DNA of 47,415 nt from an uncultured Bacilli bacterium (lineage in GTDB: Bacteria > Bacillota_I > Bacilli_A > RF39 > UBA660), in contig CANQHJ010000003.1 of assembly GCA_947623665.1 (NCBI GenBank), forward strand, positions 1-47,415, read 5' to 3'. Below the pieces are notes generated by a model. That model saw only the letters and a program-made list of their open reading frames with translations. It did no database searches and had not been told where the DNA came from. How positions within the stretch are numbered: the first letter of the stretch is position 1; every line of letters begins with the position of its first letter. The translations under genes were made by a program, and so were the position numbers. Shown here piece after piece: positions 18,923 to 28,793 of this stretch.

Positions 18923-19706
18923 AACTATTATTTAAAATATTCATAACTTTTTCTTTATACTCATCATAACTTAAACTTCCAACATCCCCTTCCAAACTAT
19001 ATCTACAATCATGACCACGACAAGTATATCTATTGCTATTTTTTAAATAAGATTTTGTATACTCATTATCCTCTGTCCAACCATCATATTTAACAGTATA
19101 ATCATTCATATAAATAACCTCAATAGACTTTATATCATCACCCTTATTATTCTTTTTTAATATTTCTTTAGCTTTCTGTAAAATCTTATAATCTTCTTTT
19201 ATCTCTTCTAAAGTTAAATTTTTAAAATCATCATCAAAGACCATATATGCTAAATGGGTTTTAGAATTTATATAATTCTTACGAGGACCATTATTGAAAA
19301 ACTCTAAATAATTATCTACAAAACCACCCTTCTTTATACTTTTTATATATTTATATAATTCTTGCCTCATATCATAGACATCTTCGTCAAAACTATCCTC
19401 ACCATTTTCTATTTTAACTTCATAAGATAAATCATCTTTTAATCCATAATATCCAACATAATCATCTTCCAAACACATATCAATCTTTTTATCTTCATTT
19501 TTATTACAATATATACTAATAGGTTCTTTGCTAAGTTCTACCATATGCCTAGATTTAAATTCTTTTCTCATTTCCTTATCGATATTTTCAAAATTATTAC
19601 TAGTATCAGGATAAACTCTAAAGTAAAGACATCCACATATTAATATTCCTACAACAATAAATAATATCTTATCTTTTAAAAACTCTTCTAATTTTTCTAT
19701 ATTCAT
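18921..19706 (-). CDS. Membrane-anchored hypothetical protein, paralog of the C-terminal domain of the upstream gene
   Basis: Single N-terminal TM; ELYKYIKSIKK and DYKILQKAK shared with neighbour. Confidence 0.6.
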   Translation of the reverse strand: MNIEKLEEFLKDKILFIVVGILICGCLYFRVYPDTSNNFENIDKEMRKEFKSRHMVELSKEPISIYCNKNEDKKIDMCLEDDYVGYYGLKDDLSYEVKIENGEDSFDEDVYDMRQELYKYIKSIKKGGFVDNYLEFFNNGPRKNYINSKTHLAYMVFDDDFKNLTLEEIKEDYKILQKAKEILKKNNKGDDIKSIEVIYMNDYTVKYDGWTEDNEYTKSYLKNSNRYTCRGHDCRYSLEGDVGSLSYDEYKEKVMNILNNS

Positions 19707-19715
19707 AAACTCCAC

Positions 19716-21173
19716 CTAATTACTTTTATTTATAACCCTCTCTACTCTTTCTTTAAACTCATCAAAAGATAAATCATCTAAATTTAGACTATTAATAGAA
19801 GACTGACTCTCTTCCAAAGTATACATACAATTTGTATATTTTTCGTCATTATATTCTCCACCACAAGAATAAGTATCTAAAACATAATCTTGATCACTAT
19901 AATTAGTCTCAAATTTAAATTTATTATTCCAATTTCCCTCTGTCTGTATTCTAGGATCATTTATATATCTAACTGCCATAACTTTTATATGTCTTTTTAC
20001 ATTATATTTCTTAAATAAACTTTTAGCTTTTTGTAAAATTTTATAATCAGTTAATAATTCTTCTTCAGAAAACTTATTATTATCTTTATCATATACCGCA
20101 TAAGATAAATAATTATAAGTTCCATTATAATCAAAATCATTCTTATCATTATGATAAAAAATCAAATAATTAGGAACATAACTGTCTTTCTTTACACTCT
20201 TAATATAATCATATAATTCTTTTCTAATTTTATAAGTATTCTTATCTATATCAACAGTATATTTATTATTACGCCTTTTTATACTAATCCAAAAAGACTC
20301 ATCATCTTTTAACCTATATTGTGCAGAATAATATCCTTGATTAGAAGGATAACCACCTAATTTTTTTCCTTCTGTATAACCAAAATAAGGTGTTGGATCT
20401 TCATCTAAATCAACTCCATAATTAGACTCTAAATAATTTCTAAAATCTCTATCAACTTTTGTATTATTAGAAGAACTATTTTTATAATCTACTCTAGTTG
20501 GATAAAGCCATATAAAAAGTAACACTATAACAAATATAAATATAACTAATATACATTTTATAACATTACTCCATAAAACAACAAGATTAACCTTTTTTAA
20601 ATTATTAGACTCTTCAAATTGATATTTACTACTATCACGTCCCAGTAAAAAATAAAAAATTGGAGGACAAAATAAAAGTCCAAAAGAATATATAGAAGAT
20701 TTACCAAATGCTTTAGAAGTTTTATAAGATACAATTGAACCATATATTAAATAAGAAATCCAAAATATAAATCTTAAATTACTCATATATACATTTATAT
20801 TATAATATTCATAATAATACTCATAGTTTTCAAAAAGCCTACTTGCAAGATCAGGAAAAGCTCCAAAAGATAACATCAATAGAAAAATAAATATGTATAT
20901 TAAAAACCATATTCTATTAACTCCTACTATCTTACAATGAACAAAGGAACTATAAAAAGGAATAAATGCTTTATAACTTTTTTCTCCTGCTTTTCTAAAC
21001 AAAAGAGCTCTTCCTATTACCCTCATAATGTAAAAGACAATAAATAAAACAATAATTAAAATAAAAGATAATATTACAGAAGCATAATTATAACTAATAA
21101 TAGGTAAATAATCACCAAAAAACATACTCGAAATCATTAATAATTTAATACTAATATAAAAAATTAATCCCAT
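19716..21173 (-). CDS. Membrane protein: DUF5684-like N-terminal domain plus extracellular domain
   Basis: LFRKAGEKSYKAFIPFY and SKAFGKS..GLLF.PPIF motifs; several TM helices; GAGGTG RBS. Confidence 0.6.
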   Translation of the reverse strand: MGLIFYISIKLLMISSMFFGDYLPIISYNYASVILSFILIIVLFIVFYIMRVIGRALLFRKAGEKSYKAFIPFYSSFVHCKIVGVNRIWFLIYIFIFLLMLSFGAFPDLASRLFENYEYYYEYYNINVYMSNLRFIFWISYLIYGSIVSYKTSKAFGKSSIYSFGLLFCPPIFYFLLGRDSSKYQFEESNNLKKVNLVVLWSNVIKCILVIFIFVIVLLFIWLYPTRVDYKNSSSNNTKVDRDFRNYLESNYGVDLDEDPTPYFGYTEGKKLGGYPSNQGYYSAQYRLKDDESFWISIKRRNNKYTVDIDKNTYKIRKELYDYIKSVKKDSYVPNYLIFYHNDKNDFDYNGTYNYLSYAVYDKDNNKFSEEELLTDYKILQKAKSLFKKYNVKRHIKVMAVRYINDPRIQTEGNWNNKFKFETNYSDQDYVLDTYSCGGEYNDEKYTNCMYTLEESQSSINSLNLDDLSFDEFKERVERVINKSN

Positions 21174-21260
21174 ATAATACACCTCACATAATCTAATTAT
21201 ACTATTTATATTAATTAAGTTTTTCTAAAACATGAAAACCCATTGTAAAACTTTGTAAAA

Positions 21261-21289
21261 TTGACCAAAACGAAAAAATGTGCTATAAT
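21261..21289 (+). promoter_or_regulatory. SigA promoter with extended -10
   Basis: TTGACC-17 nt-TATAAT with TG at 21281-21282. Confidence 0.75.
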
Positions 21290-21311
21290 ATGCCCGAAAA
21301 TGGTGATGATT

Positions 21312-22013
21312 ATGAAAAATTTAGAATTAAAAATTTATGAGAAGTTGGGTATAAAAAAATTTAAAGAGTTTGCCTTTAAATTACGTGAAAAAATTATAAA
21401 ACCATTTATAGACTATAAAGAAGAAAAAGAACAGAAAAGAATACTACAAAAAACACCTGATAATTTTATTATGGCAAAAGGAAATGGTATTTCAGATCTT
21501 TTGGATTTTAAAAAAGAAATACTTTTTAATACTGGACTTTGTATTGCTTCGGCAATAGTTAGTATTCCTGTTATTACAAATATATTAATGAATAATCCTA
21601 ATATTTTGGAAATACTTGCAACAGCAGGTTTTGTAACTTTTGATACTTATAGTCTTATTCTACAAAGGTATAACAATATAAGAATTAACAATGCTATAGA
21701 AAAAATGAAACCCTTAGAAGAAAAAAGAAAAAGACCTTTAATAGAGGAGTTAAAAAAGGAAAAAGTTTTAACTAATGATTATGATTATATAATAAAAAAT
21801 AAAAAGGATAAAGAAGAAGATATTACAATAGATGAAGTATTAGATAAAGCTACTTATAAAGAATTAAAGATATATAGAGAAAAATTAAAACAATTAACAT
21901 CTATAAAAAGTTTTTCTGATAACCATCCTAATATAGAAGGATTATATATTCCACTTCCAATAGAATATAATAAAACTTTAATTTTAACACCAAAAAAAGC
22001 TATCAAGAAGTAG
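21312..22013 (+). CDS. Membrane protein with a CrtO-like (glycosyl-diaponeurosporenoate acyltransferase family) N-domain
   Basis: IYEKLGIKKFK and LILQRYNNIRI motifs flanking two TM helices; the ORF-track TTG start at 21261 is the -35 box. Confidence 0.5.
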   Translation: MKNLELKIYEKLGIKKFKEFAFKLREKIIKPFIDYKEEKEQKRILQKTPDNFIMAKGNGISDLLDFKKEILFNTGLCIASAIVSIPVITNILMNNPNILEILATAGFVTFDTYSLILQRYNNIRINNAIEKMKPLEEKRKRPLIEELKKEKVLTNDYDYIIKNKKDKEEDITIDEVLDKATYKELKIYREKLKQLTSIKSFSDNHPNIEGLYIPLPIEYNKTLILTPKKAIKK

Positions 22014-22016
22014 CTT

Positions 22017-23663
22017 TTATTTGTTTAAATATTTTTTAAATAACTCTAATCTATTATTTAATTTATCTTTACCAAGTATTTTTAGTATTTCATATAAATC
22101 AGGAGATTTATCTCTACCAGTAACCATAACACGAATTGCTTCACAAACATCTCCTACATGTCCTTTATATTTAGATGGATCTTTTTTATATTCTTTAACA
22201 TTAGGACTATATCCTTCATTAATAGAAAACTCTTTTATACGATTAAACCATTCATCTTTAGAATCATTAATATTATAAATATCTATATATCTTTTTATCA
22301 TATCTATATCATAATCTTTAGATGAGTTTAATTTAGAATAATTTTCTTTTTCAAACATAGAATCAATTGCATATGAAAATTCTTCTTTAACATCACTGTA
22401 TTTAGCAATATCTTTTCTTGGTCTTGGACCATCTTTTTCTATATTTAAAAATGCAATCATTAAATCTTTATTATCTTTTAAAAAATCTGCATAATTTTTA
22501 TCAAACTTTTCTGCATAAGAAAGTGTTTCTTCAAAAACCTCTTTACCGTTCTTACGAGAAAAATATGTCTTACAAATATTTTCTAATTTAGAGGAGTCAA
22601 AACTAGTACCTCCAATACCTTGTTTAGAAAAATCAAATATAAAATCTTCTATATTTTTGTCTTGATTTTTTAAATACCATTCTTCAAAATTAGTATTAGC
22701 AATAGTAGAAAGATATAAATGTAGAGCATCTATTGGAATACCACTTTCTTCATAATATTTTGCTCCTGCCCATAAATCTTTTCTTTTAGAAAGTTTTCTA
22801 ATAGTACCAGTTTCACTATCTTTTATAGTTATGGGTGCAATATGTGCATATTCTGGTCTTTCAAAACCTAAAACTTCGAATAATTGTACATGTAAAGGTA
22901 TACTAGATACCCATTCATCTCCTCTGATAACATGAGTGGTATGCATTAGATGATCATCAATTGCATGGGCAAGATGATAAGTAGGAGTTCCATCTTTTTT
23001 AAGAAGTATTGTATCTATATCATGTTCAGGAAATTTTAATTTTCCTTTAATAGCATCTTTTATTTCTATTTGATGTTCAGCGTTTCCAGGAGATTTAAGA
23101 CGAATAACATAATCTTTACCACTTTCTAAATTTTCTTTAACCTCTTCATAGGTTAAATCTCTATCAGTAGCATAATGTCCATAAATACCTATTTTTTGCT
23201 TCATTACTTCTTGTTCTTCTTTTATTTCTTGTTGTTCTTCTTCACTCATAAAGCAAGGATAAGCAAGACCTCTTCTAATTAAATCTTTTACATAAGTTTG
23301 ATAAATTTCAGTTCTCTTACTTTGGATATAAGGACCATAGTCTCCTCCAATACCATAACCTTCTGTTGGATTTATAGCAAAGGATTTTAATATAGAAGTA
23401 ATATTATCAATACCACCTTCTACTGCACGTTTTTGATCAGTATCTTCGATTCTTAAAAAGAATACTCCTTTACTTTGTCTAGCATAAACCATATCACAAA
23501 AAGCAGAAAATAAATTACCCAAATGAACACTACCAGTAGGACTTGGACCATAACGTGTAACCATTGCATTATCATCCAAATTTCTTTCAGGATACATCTT
23601 CTCATAATAATCAGGTGTTTTATCAATGTTTGGAAATAATAAGTCTGCTATTTTCTTGCTCAT
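22017..23663 (-). CDS. gltX: Glutamate--tRNA ligase (long form)
   Basis: TRYGPSPTG.VHLGN, LRIEDTD, GPYIQSKR, HVIRGDEW, KLSKR; GAGGAG RBS. Confidence 0.93.
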   Translation of the reverse strand: MSKKIADLLFPNIDKTPDYYEKMYPERNLDDNAMVTRYGPSPTGSVHLGNLFSAFCDMVYARQSKGVFFLRIEDTDQKRAVEGGIDNITSILKSFAINPTEGYGIGGDYGPYIQSKRTEIYQTYVKDLIRRGLAYPCFMSEEEQQEIKEEQEVMKQKIGIYGHYATDRDLTYEEVKENLESGKDYVIRLKSPGNAEHQIEIKDAIKGKLKFPEHDIDTILLKKDGTPTYHLAHAIDDHLMHTTHVIRGDEWVSSIPLHVQLFEVLGFERPEYAHIAPITIKDSETGTIRKLSKRKDLWAGAKYYEESGIPIDALHLYLSTIANTNFEEWYLKNQDKNIEDFIFDFSKQGIGGTSFDSSKLENICKTYFSRKNGKEVFEETLSYAEKFDKNYADFLKDNKDLMIAFLNIEKDGPRPRKDIAKYSDVKEEFSYAIDSMFEKENYSKLNSSKDYDIDMIKRYIDIYNINDSKDEWFNRIKEFSINEGYSPNVKEYKKDPSKYKGHVGDVCEAIRVMVTGRDKSPDLYEILKILGKDKLNNRLELFKKYLNK

Positions 23664-23694
23664 AAATATCACTCCTCGTTTAATTTACTGATTT

Positions 23695-23756
23695 AATATA
23701 ACATTTTTTCTATTAAAAATCAATGATTTGAAAAAAATTAATTATTATAGTAAAAT
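23695..23756. promoter_or_regulatory. Back-to-back SigA promoters for gltX (-) and tRNA-Gln (+)
   Basis: Plus: TTGAAA(23728)-17-TAAAAT(23751); minus: TTGATT(23723)-17-TATATT(23700) with TG extension. Confidence 0.6.
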
Positions 23757-23768
23757 ATATTTATATAT

Positions 23769-23843
23769 TGCCCTATAGCCAAGTGGTAAGGCAGAGCGCT
23801 CTGACCGCTTTATGCGTTAGTTCGAATCTAACTAGGGCAACCA
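23769..23843 (+). tRNA. tRNA-Gln (anticodon CTG)
   Basis: Acceptor stem TGCCCTA/TAGGGCA, D arm GCCAAGTGGTAAGGC, anticodon loop CT-CTG-AC, T loop GTTCGAATC, encoded CCA. Confidence 0.95.
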
Positions 23844-23852
23844 TATAAAAAT

Positions 23853-23878
23853 AAACCCTTGATTTCAAGGGTTTTATT
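23853..23878 (+). terminator. Palindrome/terminator after the tRNA
   Basis: AAACCCTTGA-TT-TCAAGGGTTT followed by T-rich bases. Confidence 0.6.
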
Positions 23879-23964
23879 CATAAATTCCTTATTTTTTATA
23901 AAATTAAATTATAAACATCTACACCATAGAATATATACTTAAAAAGCATTGGCAAGATGCCCAC

Positions 23965-24113
23965 TTTCCTTTATGATATACTAATATCATGAAAGGAGGA
24001 AAACAATGAAATTTATGATTGTAATACTAAAAAGAATTGCTATAAGTTTTGAGATCGAAATAAAAAACTTTAAATAACAATTCTTATCCAAGAGAGACTA
24101 ACCTCTCTCTTGG
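23965..24113 (-). ncRNA. Putative antisense RNA covering the 23-aa ORF
   Basis: Minus-strand TTGAAA-16-TAATAT with TG extension (24146-24119); predicted start coincides with hairpin 24088-24113; 3' end is a guess. Confidence 0.4.
24006..24077 (+). CDS. Small 23-aa peptide MKFMIVILKRIAISFEIEIKNFK (not in the ORF track)
   Basis: Strong SD GAAAGGAGG 6 nt upstream; TGnTATACT extended -10 upstream; 10-bp hairpin just downstream. Confidence 0.55.
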   Translation: MKFMIVILKRIAISFEIEIKNFK

Positions 24114-24246
24114 TACTAATATTAACATAAAAATCATAGAATTTCAATCTTTAAATATATATGAAAAAATTTTAATAAGAATGATATGATTAAGAATATT
24201 CTAAAGAATTTTACAATCAGGTCAAAATAAAGTCAAAAAAGAAAAA

Positions 24247-24278
24247 CAATAAAACCCTTAATTTTAAGGGCTTTATTG
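24247..24278. repeat. Palindrome similar to the one after the tRNA
   Basis: CAATAAAACCCTTAA-TT-TTAAGGGCTTTATTG, 14/15 arm match. Confidence 0.6.
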
Positions 24279-24444
24279 CTTTTGTATAAATTCTTTTAAA
24301 TATGGAAAATAAAAGTACCTTTAATGTTTCAAATTGCTAAGAAACATAAAGTTACCAAACGAATTAGAAGATAGAGCTAAAGCCCTTCTTCAATATTGAT
24401 TTTAGCATATCTTATTTATTTTGTAAACATCATAAATAAAAAAC

Positions 24445-24465
24445 TTAGGAATTTTAATCCTAAAG
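24445..24465 (-). terminator. Probable ftsZ terminator
   Basis: TTAGGA...TCCTAA stem followed on the minus strand by a T run. Confidence 0.5.
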
Positions 24466-24471
24466 TCTTTT

Positions 24472-25584
24472 TTAATAATTTCTATCTCTTAAAAATGGTG
24501 GTAAATCATATTCCTCTTCTTGTTCTTCTATTTCGTTGTCAGTAGTAGCAACATAACTTATTTCATTTTCTGTTCTACTTCTACGTGGTGTTGTTTCTAC
24601 TTCTTCTACTTGTACTTTTTTCTTTTCTTTATTTCTTTTTTCAAAACCTGTTGCAATTACTGTAACTATTACTTCATCAGAAAGATTTTCATTTATAACA
24701 GAACCAAATATTGTATTAATATCTGTATTAGCTGCACCTCTTACTACTTCTGCTGCTTGTTCTGCTTCAAATAATGTTAAATTAACTCCTCCTGTAATAT
24801 TAATTATAGCATCTGTTGCACCAGAAATAGATGTTTCTAGAAGTGGTGATGATACTGCTTGTTTAGCAGCTTCTATTGCTCTATCTTCTCCCATTCCTAT
24901 ACCAATTCCTATAATAGCATTACCTGAGTTTTCCATTACAGCTTTAACATCTGCAAAGTCTAAGTTAACAAGTCCAACTACTGCAATTAAATCTGAAATT
25001 GATTGTACACCTCTACGTAACACATTATCTACTTCTTTGAATGCTTCTAACATTGGTGTTGATTTATCAATTATTTCTCTTAATCTATCATTTGGAATAA
25101 CTATTAATGTATCTACATGTTTTTTTAATTCTTCAAGTCCAACTAAAGCATTGTCCATTCTTTTTTTACCTTCGAAAGTAAATGGTTTTGTAACTATAGC
25201 AACTGTAAGAGCTCCTAATGCTTGTGCAATTTCAGCAATAATTGGTGCTGCTCCTGTTCCAGTTCCTCCACCCATACCACAAGTGATGAAAACCATATCA
25301 GCACCACTTAGAGCATCTTCTATTTCTTTTTTACTTTCAACAGCAGCTTCTTTTCCAATTTCAGGTTTTGCTCCTGCTCCTAATCCATCTGTTAGAGTTG
25401 ATCCTATTTGAATTTTTATATCTGCTTTAGAATTATTTAAAACTTGTAAGTCAGTGTTAGCAACAATGAATTCTACTCCTTTTACCCCTGACTCTACCAT
25501 TCGGTTAACAGCATTTCCGCCGCCTCCACCGACACCTATAACTTTAATTTTTGCTAATTGATCCATTTCTAATCCGCCTAACAT
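24472..25584 (-). CDS. ftsZ: Cell division protein FtsZ
   Basis: [33 protein letters not shown]-terminal DLPPFLR. Confidence 0.98.
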   Translation of the reverse strand: MLGGLEMDQLAKIKVIGVGGGGGNAVNRMVESGVKGVEFIVANTDLQVLNNSKADIKIQIGSTLTDGLGAGAKPEIGKEAAVESKKEIEDALSGADMVFITCGMGGGTGTGAAPIIAEIAQALGALTVAIVTKPFTFEGKKRMDNALVGLEELKKHVDTLIVIPNDRLREIIDKSTPMLEAFKEVDNVLRRGVQSISDLIAVVGLVNLDFADVKAVMENSGNAIIGIGIGMGEDRAIEAAKQAVSSPLLETSISGATDAIINITGGVNLTLFEAEQAAEVVRGAANTDINTIFGSVINENLSDEVIVTVIATGFEKRNKEKKKVQVEEVETTPRRSRTENEISYVATTDNEIEEQEEEYDLPPFLRDRNY

Positions 25585-25598
25585 GTTTCTAATCCTCC

Positions 25599-26846
25599 TT
25601 AATTATCAAAAAAATGTCCAAATACTTTGTTTAAAATGTTATCGTGATTTACTTCTTTCTTACTAGTTGAAAGTAAAGCATTAATATCATCTTCATTTAC
25701 TATGTTATACTCTTTATCTCTTAATTCTAATTTTTCTTTAAAATATTTAATTAATCCACTAACACTAGAGTATTTATTATGTCTTATACCTATTGTTTTT
25801 ATATTACAAATAGATACATTACTGCCTAAGACGTCTTCTGCTAAATTTAAAAAGCCTGACATCTCGCTTACTCCTCCTGTTATAATTATATAACGAATAT
25901 CTCGATTTGTTAAGTTTTTTATTTTTTCTTTTGAAAGTTGTAATATTTCAGTAAGTCTTGCTTCTGTTACTTTAGCAATTTTTCTTTGGGAAATTCTTTC
26001 ATTCTTTTTCTTTTTATCTTCTATTACTTCTACTTCAACTTCATCATTATCATCAGCAAGAGATTCTTTTGCGGTTGCAAATTCTTCTTTTATTCTTATA
26101 GAATCTTCTTTGCTTATATGAAAAATATATTGTAAGTCTTTATCTATATGATGACTTCCTATATTAAGATTAGTATGCTTAATCATAATACCTTTATTGA
26201 AAATTGATATATCTGTTGAAGATTTCCCTATATTTATAATTGCTCCAACTTTTTTGTCTAATTCTTTATTTTTAACTTCATAATAATCACCAATTGTTCC
26301 AAAAGCAATATCTGCAACTTCAAGTCCTGCAAGTTTTAAGACTTCTAACATTCTGTAGAGAGGTTCTTTTAAAACAGTTGCTACTACAACTTTAGTTTCT
26401 AAAGTATCTCCTTTCATTCCTTTTGGATCTTTTATTTTTTCTTCTTCATCTACTGTAAAACTTATTGGAATTGCAGTTACTAATTCTTCTTCGGAATTTA
26501 TTTTACCTATTAAAGCATCTTTTAAAACTCTACTTATATCTTCTCCTGTTATACATTCTGTGTTTAGGATATCTACACTTCCCTCTAATATAGTCATTTT
26601 ACAACCTTTAGTAGGAACACAAGCAATTATTTTTTTTAATGGAAAGCCTAGCATTTCTTTAATATCTACAAGAGCACTTTTAATTGATTCGACTGCAGGT
26701 TTTGTATCTGATATTTGTCCTTTTATTATTCCTTTTGATGGTTTTGAAACAGCTGCTAAAACATGGAACTTTTCATTAACTAATTCACTAACTATTATTT
26801 TTATGGTATCTGAACCAAGATCAATACCTGCATATATCTTATTCAT
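25599..26846 (-). CDS. ftsA: Cell division protein FtsA
   Basis: GIDLGS, DPKGMKG..LE, INIG..STD, IITGG; directly upstream of ftsZ; AGGAG RBS before ATG 26846. Confidence 0.92.
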   Translation of the reverse strand: MNKIYAGIDLGSDTIKIIVSELVNEKFHVLAAVSKPSKGIIKGQISDTKPAVESIKSALVDIKEMLGFPLKKIIACVPTKGCKMTILEGSVDILNTECITGEDISRVLKDALIGKINSEEELVTAIPISFTVDEEEKIKDPKGMKGDTLETKVVVATVLKEPLYRMLEVLKLAGLEVADIAFGTIGDYYEVKNKELDKKVGAIINIGKSSTDISIFNKGIMIKHTNLNIGSHHIDKDLQYIFHISKEDSIRIKEEFATAKESLADDNDEVEVEVIEDKKKKNERISQRKIAKVTEARLTEILQLSKEKIKNLTNRDIRYIIITGGVSEMSGFLNLAEDVLGSNVSICNIKTIGIRHNKYSSVSGLIKYFKEKLELRDKEYNIVNEDDINALLSTSKKEVNHDNILNKVFGHFFDN

Positions 26847-27002
26847 ACAATCAGCTCCTACTATCATATTAATTATACTATACTTTTTTTTATTTGTACA
26901 AGTCTTTTAGTCTATTTTTTATATAAAACCGTTGATTTTAAAGAAAAAAATAATGATAATTTTTTATTTGAATATCATTATTTTATAATCTTTGTATATT
27001 TT

Positions 27003-28073
27003 TTATTTTTTTGATACTTTAAGTGCTATATCATCTTCTCCTTTTTTGATAACTTTTTTTAATGATTCTTTTTTATGAAGAGTATTTATGATAATAGCTA
27101 TTTTTTTAGATAAATCTACTTCATGATACCAAGGCATTTTCTTTATTTCTTCTGGGACGTATGTTAAGTTTGTTGAATATAATTCTGTAAATAAGCCTTT
27201 ATCATATGCTTCTTGAAATACTTCTTTTCCTTCTGTTAAAAGTGAGAATGTTACAGCAAAAATAATTTTGTTTGCTCCTCTTTTTTTTAATTCTTCTGCT
27301 ACTTCTATCATAGAAGAACCACTGGCAATCATATCATCAACTACAATAATATTTTTATTTTTTACATCTTCTCCTAGATATATATGTTCAGTTATTGGAT
27401 TCTTACCATTTTTTACTTTAGTACCTCTTCTTTTGTAAAACATTCCTCCAAAATCGATTTTTAGAAGTGTTGAGTAATATTTAGCACGATCAATTGCACC
27501 TTCATCAGGGCTTACTACTAATAAATTTTCTATATTTTCGTTTTTTATTAATTCATTTAATATTTCACTGGTTGCAAAAAGATTATCAAAAGCCATATTA
27601 TGTACTGCATTACTTACACTTGGATCATGAACATCAAAAGATACAATATGACTTACACCTAAGCTTTTTAATTCTTGTAATGACATAGAGCAATCTAGTG
27701 ATTCTTGTAGTCTTCTTTTATGTTGTCTTGATTGATATAAAAGTGGTGTTACTAAGGTTATTTTTTCTGCTGTTCCACTTATGGCTGAAATTGCTCTTTT
27801 TATGTCTTGATAATGATCATCTGGAGACATATTATGTTCTTTTTTATACATTGTATAAGTAGTACTGTAATTACCAACATCACTTAATAAATATACATCT
27901 TTATTTCTTACTGTACCTTTTATTTCTACTTTTCCTTCTCCATTACTAAATCTAACAGCATTTATAGGGACAATAAAACTTTTATCAGTATTGTTTATTT
28001 TCTTTAAATGTTTATCTATCTTTTCTCCTACTTCTTTAAAATTTTCAAATACTATTATTTTTAAATTATTCAT
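27003..28073 (-). CDS. prs: Ribose-phosphate pyrophosphokinase
   Basis: RFSNGEG, YQSRQH, VVSPDEGA, IVVDDMIASGSSM PRPP-binding loop. Confidence 0.9.
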   Translation of the reverse strand: MNNLKIIVFENFKEVGEKIDKHLKKINNTDKSFIVPINAVRFSNGEGKVEIKGTVRNKDVYLLSDVGNYSTTYTMYKKEHNMSPDDHYQDIKRAISAISGTAEKITLVTPLLYQSRQHKRRLQESLDCSMSLQELKSLGVSHIVSFDVHDPSVSNAVHNMAFDNLFATSEILNELIKNENIENLLVVSPDEGAIDRAKYYSTLLKIDFGGMFYKRRGTKVKNGKNPITEHIYLGEDVKNKNIIVVDDMIASGSSMIEVAEELKKRGANKIIFAVTFSLLTEGKEVFQEAYDKGLFTELYSTNLTYVPEEIKKMPWYHEVDLSKKIAIIINTLHKKESLKKVIKKGEDDIALKVSKK

Positions 28074-28099
28074 ATTTACTACCTTTCTTATTTATTTTT

Positions 28100-28789
28100 T
28101 TATTCCATAATTTTAAAATGATTACCACTATCTAAATAAAGTATTCCTTTTTTTCCTTCTAGTTGACCTAACACATCATCATAATAGTCTATCATTTCAA
28201 ATTTAGTTAAAGTTAAGTAAACACTATTTCCATCATCCATAGAAAGTAAAAAGCGATCTTTATCATATTCATTTGGTACATATTCTATTTCACTTACTTT
28301 ACCTAAAATATCATCATCTAGTCTATTCATTCTATTTATAAATTTTTTATATTTTGTTTTATCTGTTATTGAATTTAAAAGTCTAGGTATTCTAAAGCTA
28401 TACTTATTATCTTCATTTACTTGAGTTGTATCATCAAATACTATTTTTTTATTTATATCATCAAAAAAGAGTGGTCTTTTTTCTTTTATTTCTATATTTA
28501 AAACATGATAAAATCTTTTTTTGACTATTGCTTCTTTTACATAAGGACTACTTTCTAATTTCTTTTTAATACCAAAGGATGTTTTTTTAAAAAATCCTGG
28601 ATAAGAAGAGATTTGGGCTAAATCAAGTAGGTAATCATCTTTTAAATAGTTTGTTCCTGTAATTGTAATATTTTTTATTTTAGTATTTAAATACATATCT
28701 CCAACAACGAAAAGAATCACTACAATCAGTAGTAATACTATTAAGGGAACTATTCTAATTTTTTTCTTTTTGATTACCTTCTTTGCCAT
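28100..28789 (-). CDS. divIB: Cell division protein DivIB/FtsQ
   Basis: Basic N-terminus, one TM, POTRA-like domain, MDDGN.V; follows murB. Confidence 0.85.
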   Translation of the reverse strand: MAKKVIKKKKIRIVPLIVLLLIVVILFVVGDMYLNTKIKNITITGTNYLKDDYLLDLAQISSYPGFFKKTSFGIKKKLESSPYVKEAIVKKRFYHVLNIEIKEKRPLFFDDINKKIVFDDTTQVNEDNKYSFRIPRLLNSITDKTKYKKFINRMNRLDDDILGKVSEIEYVPNEYDKDRFLLSMDDGNSVYLTLTKFEMIDYYDDVLGQLEGKKGILYLDSGNHFKIME

Positions 28790-28793
28790 GTTA

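Noticed and set aside
23844-24470. Intact prophage or ICE integrated at tRNA-Gln
   Set aside because: Only ~630 bp, no integrase, and no duplicated tRNA 3' end.
25501-25540. Local GC-rich patch in ftsZ
   Set aside because: Explained by the glycine-rich GGGGGNA motif.
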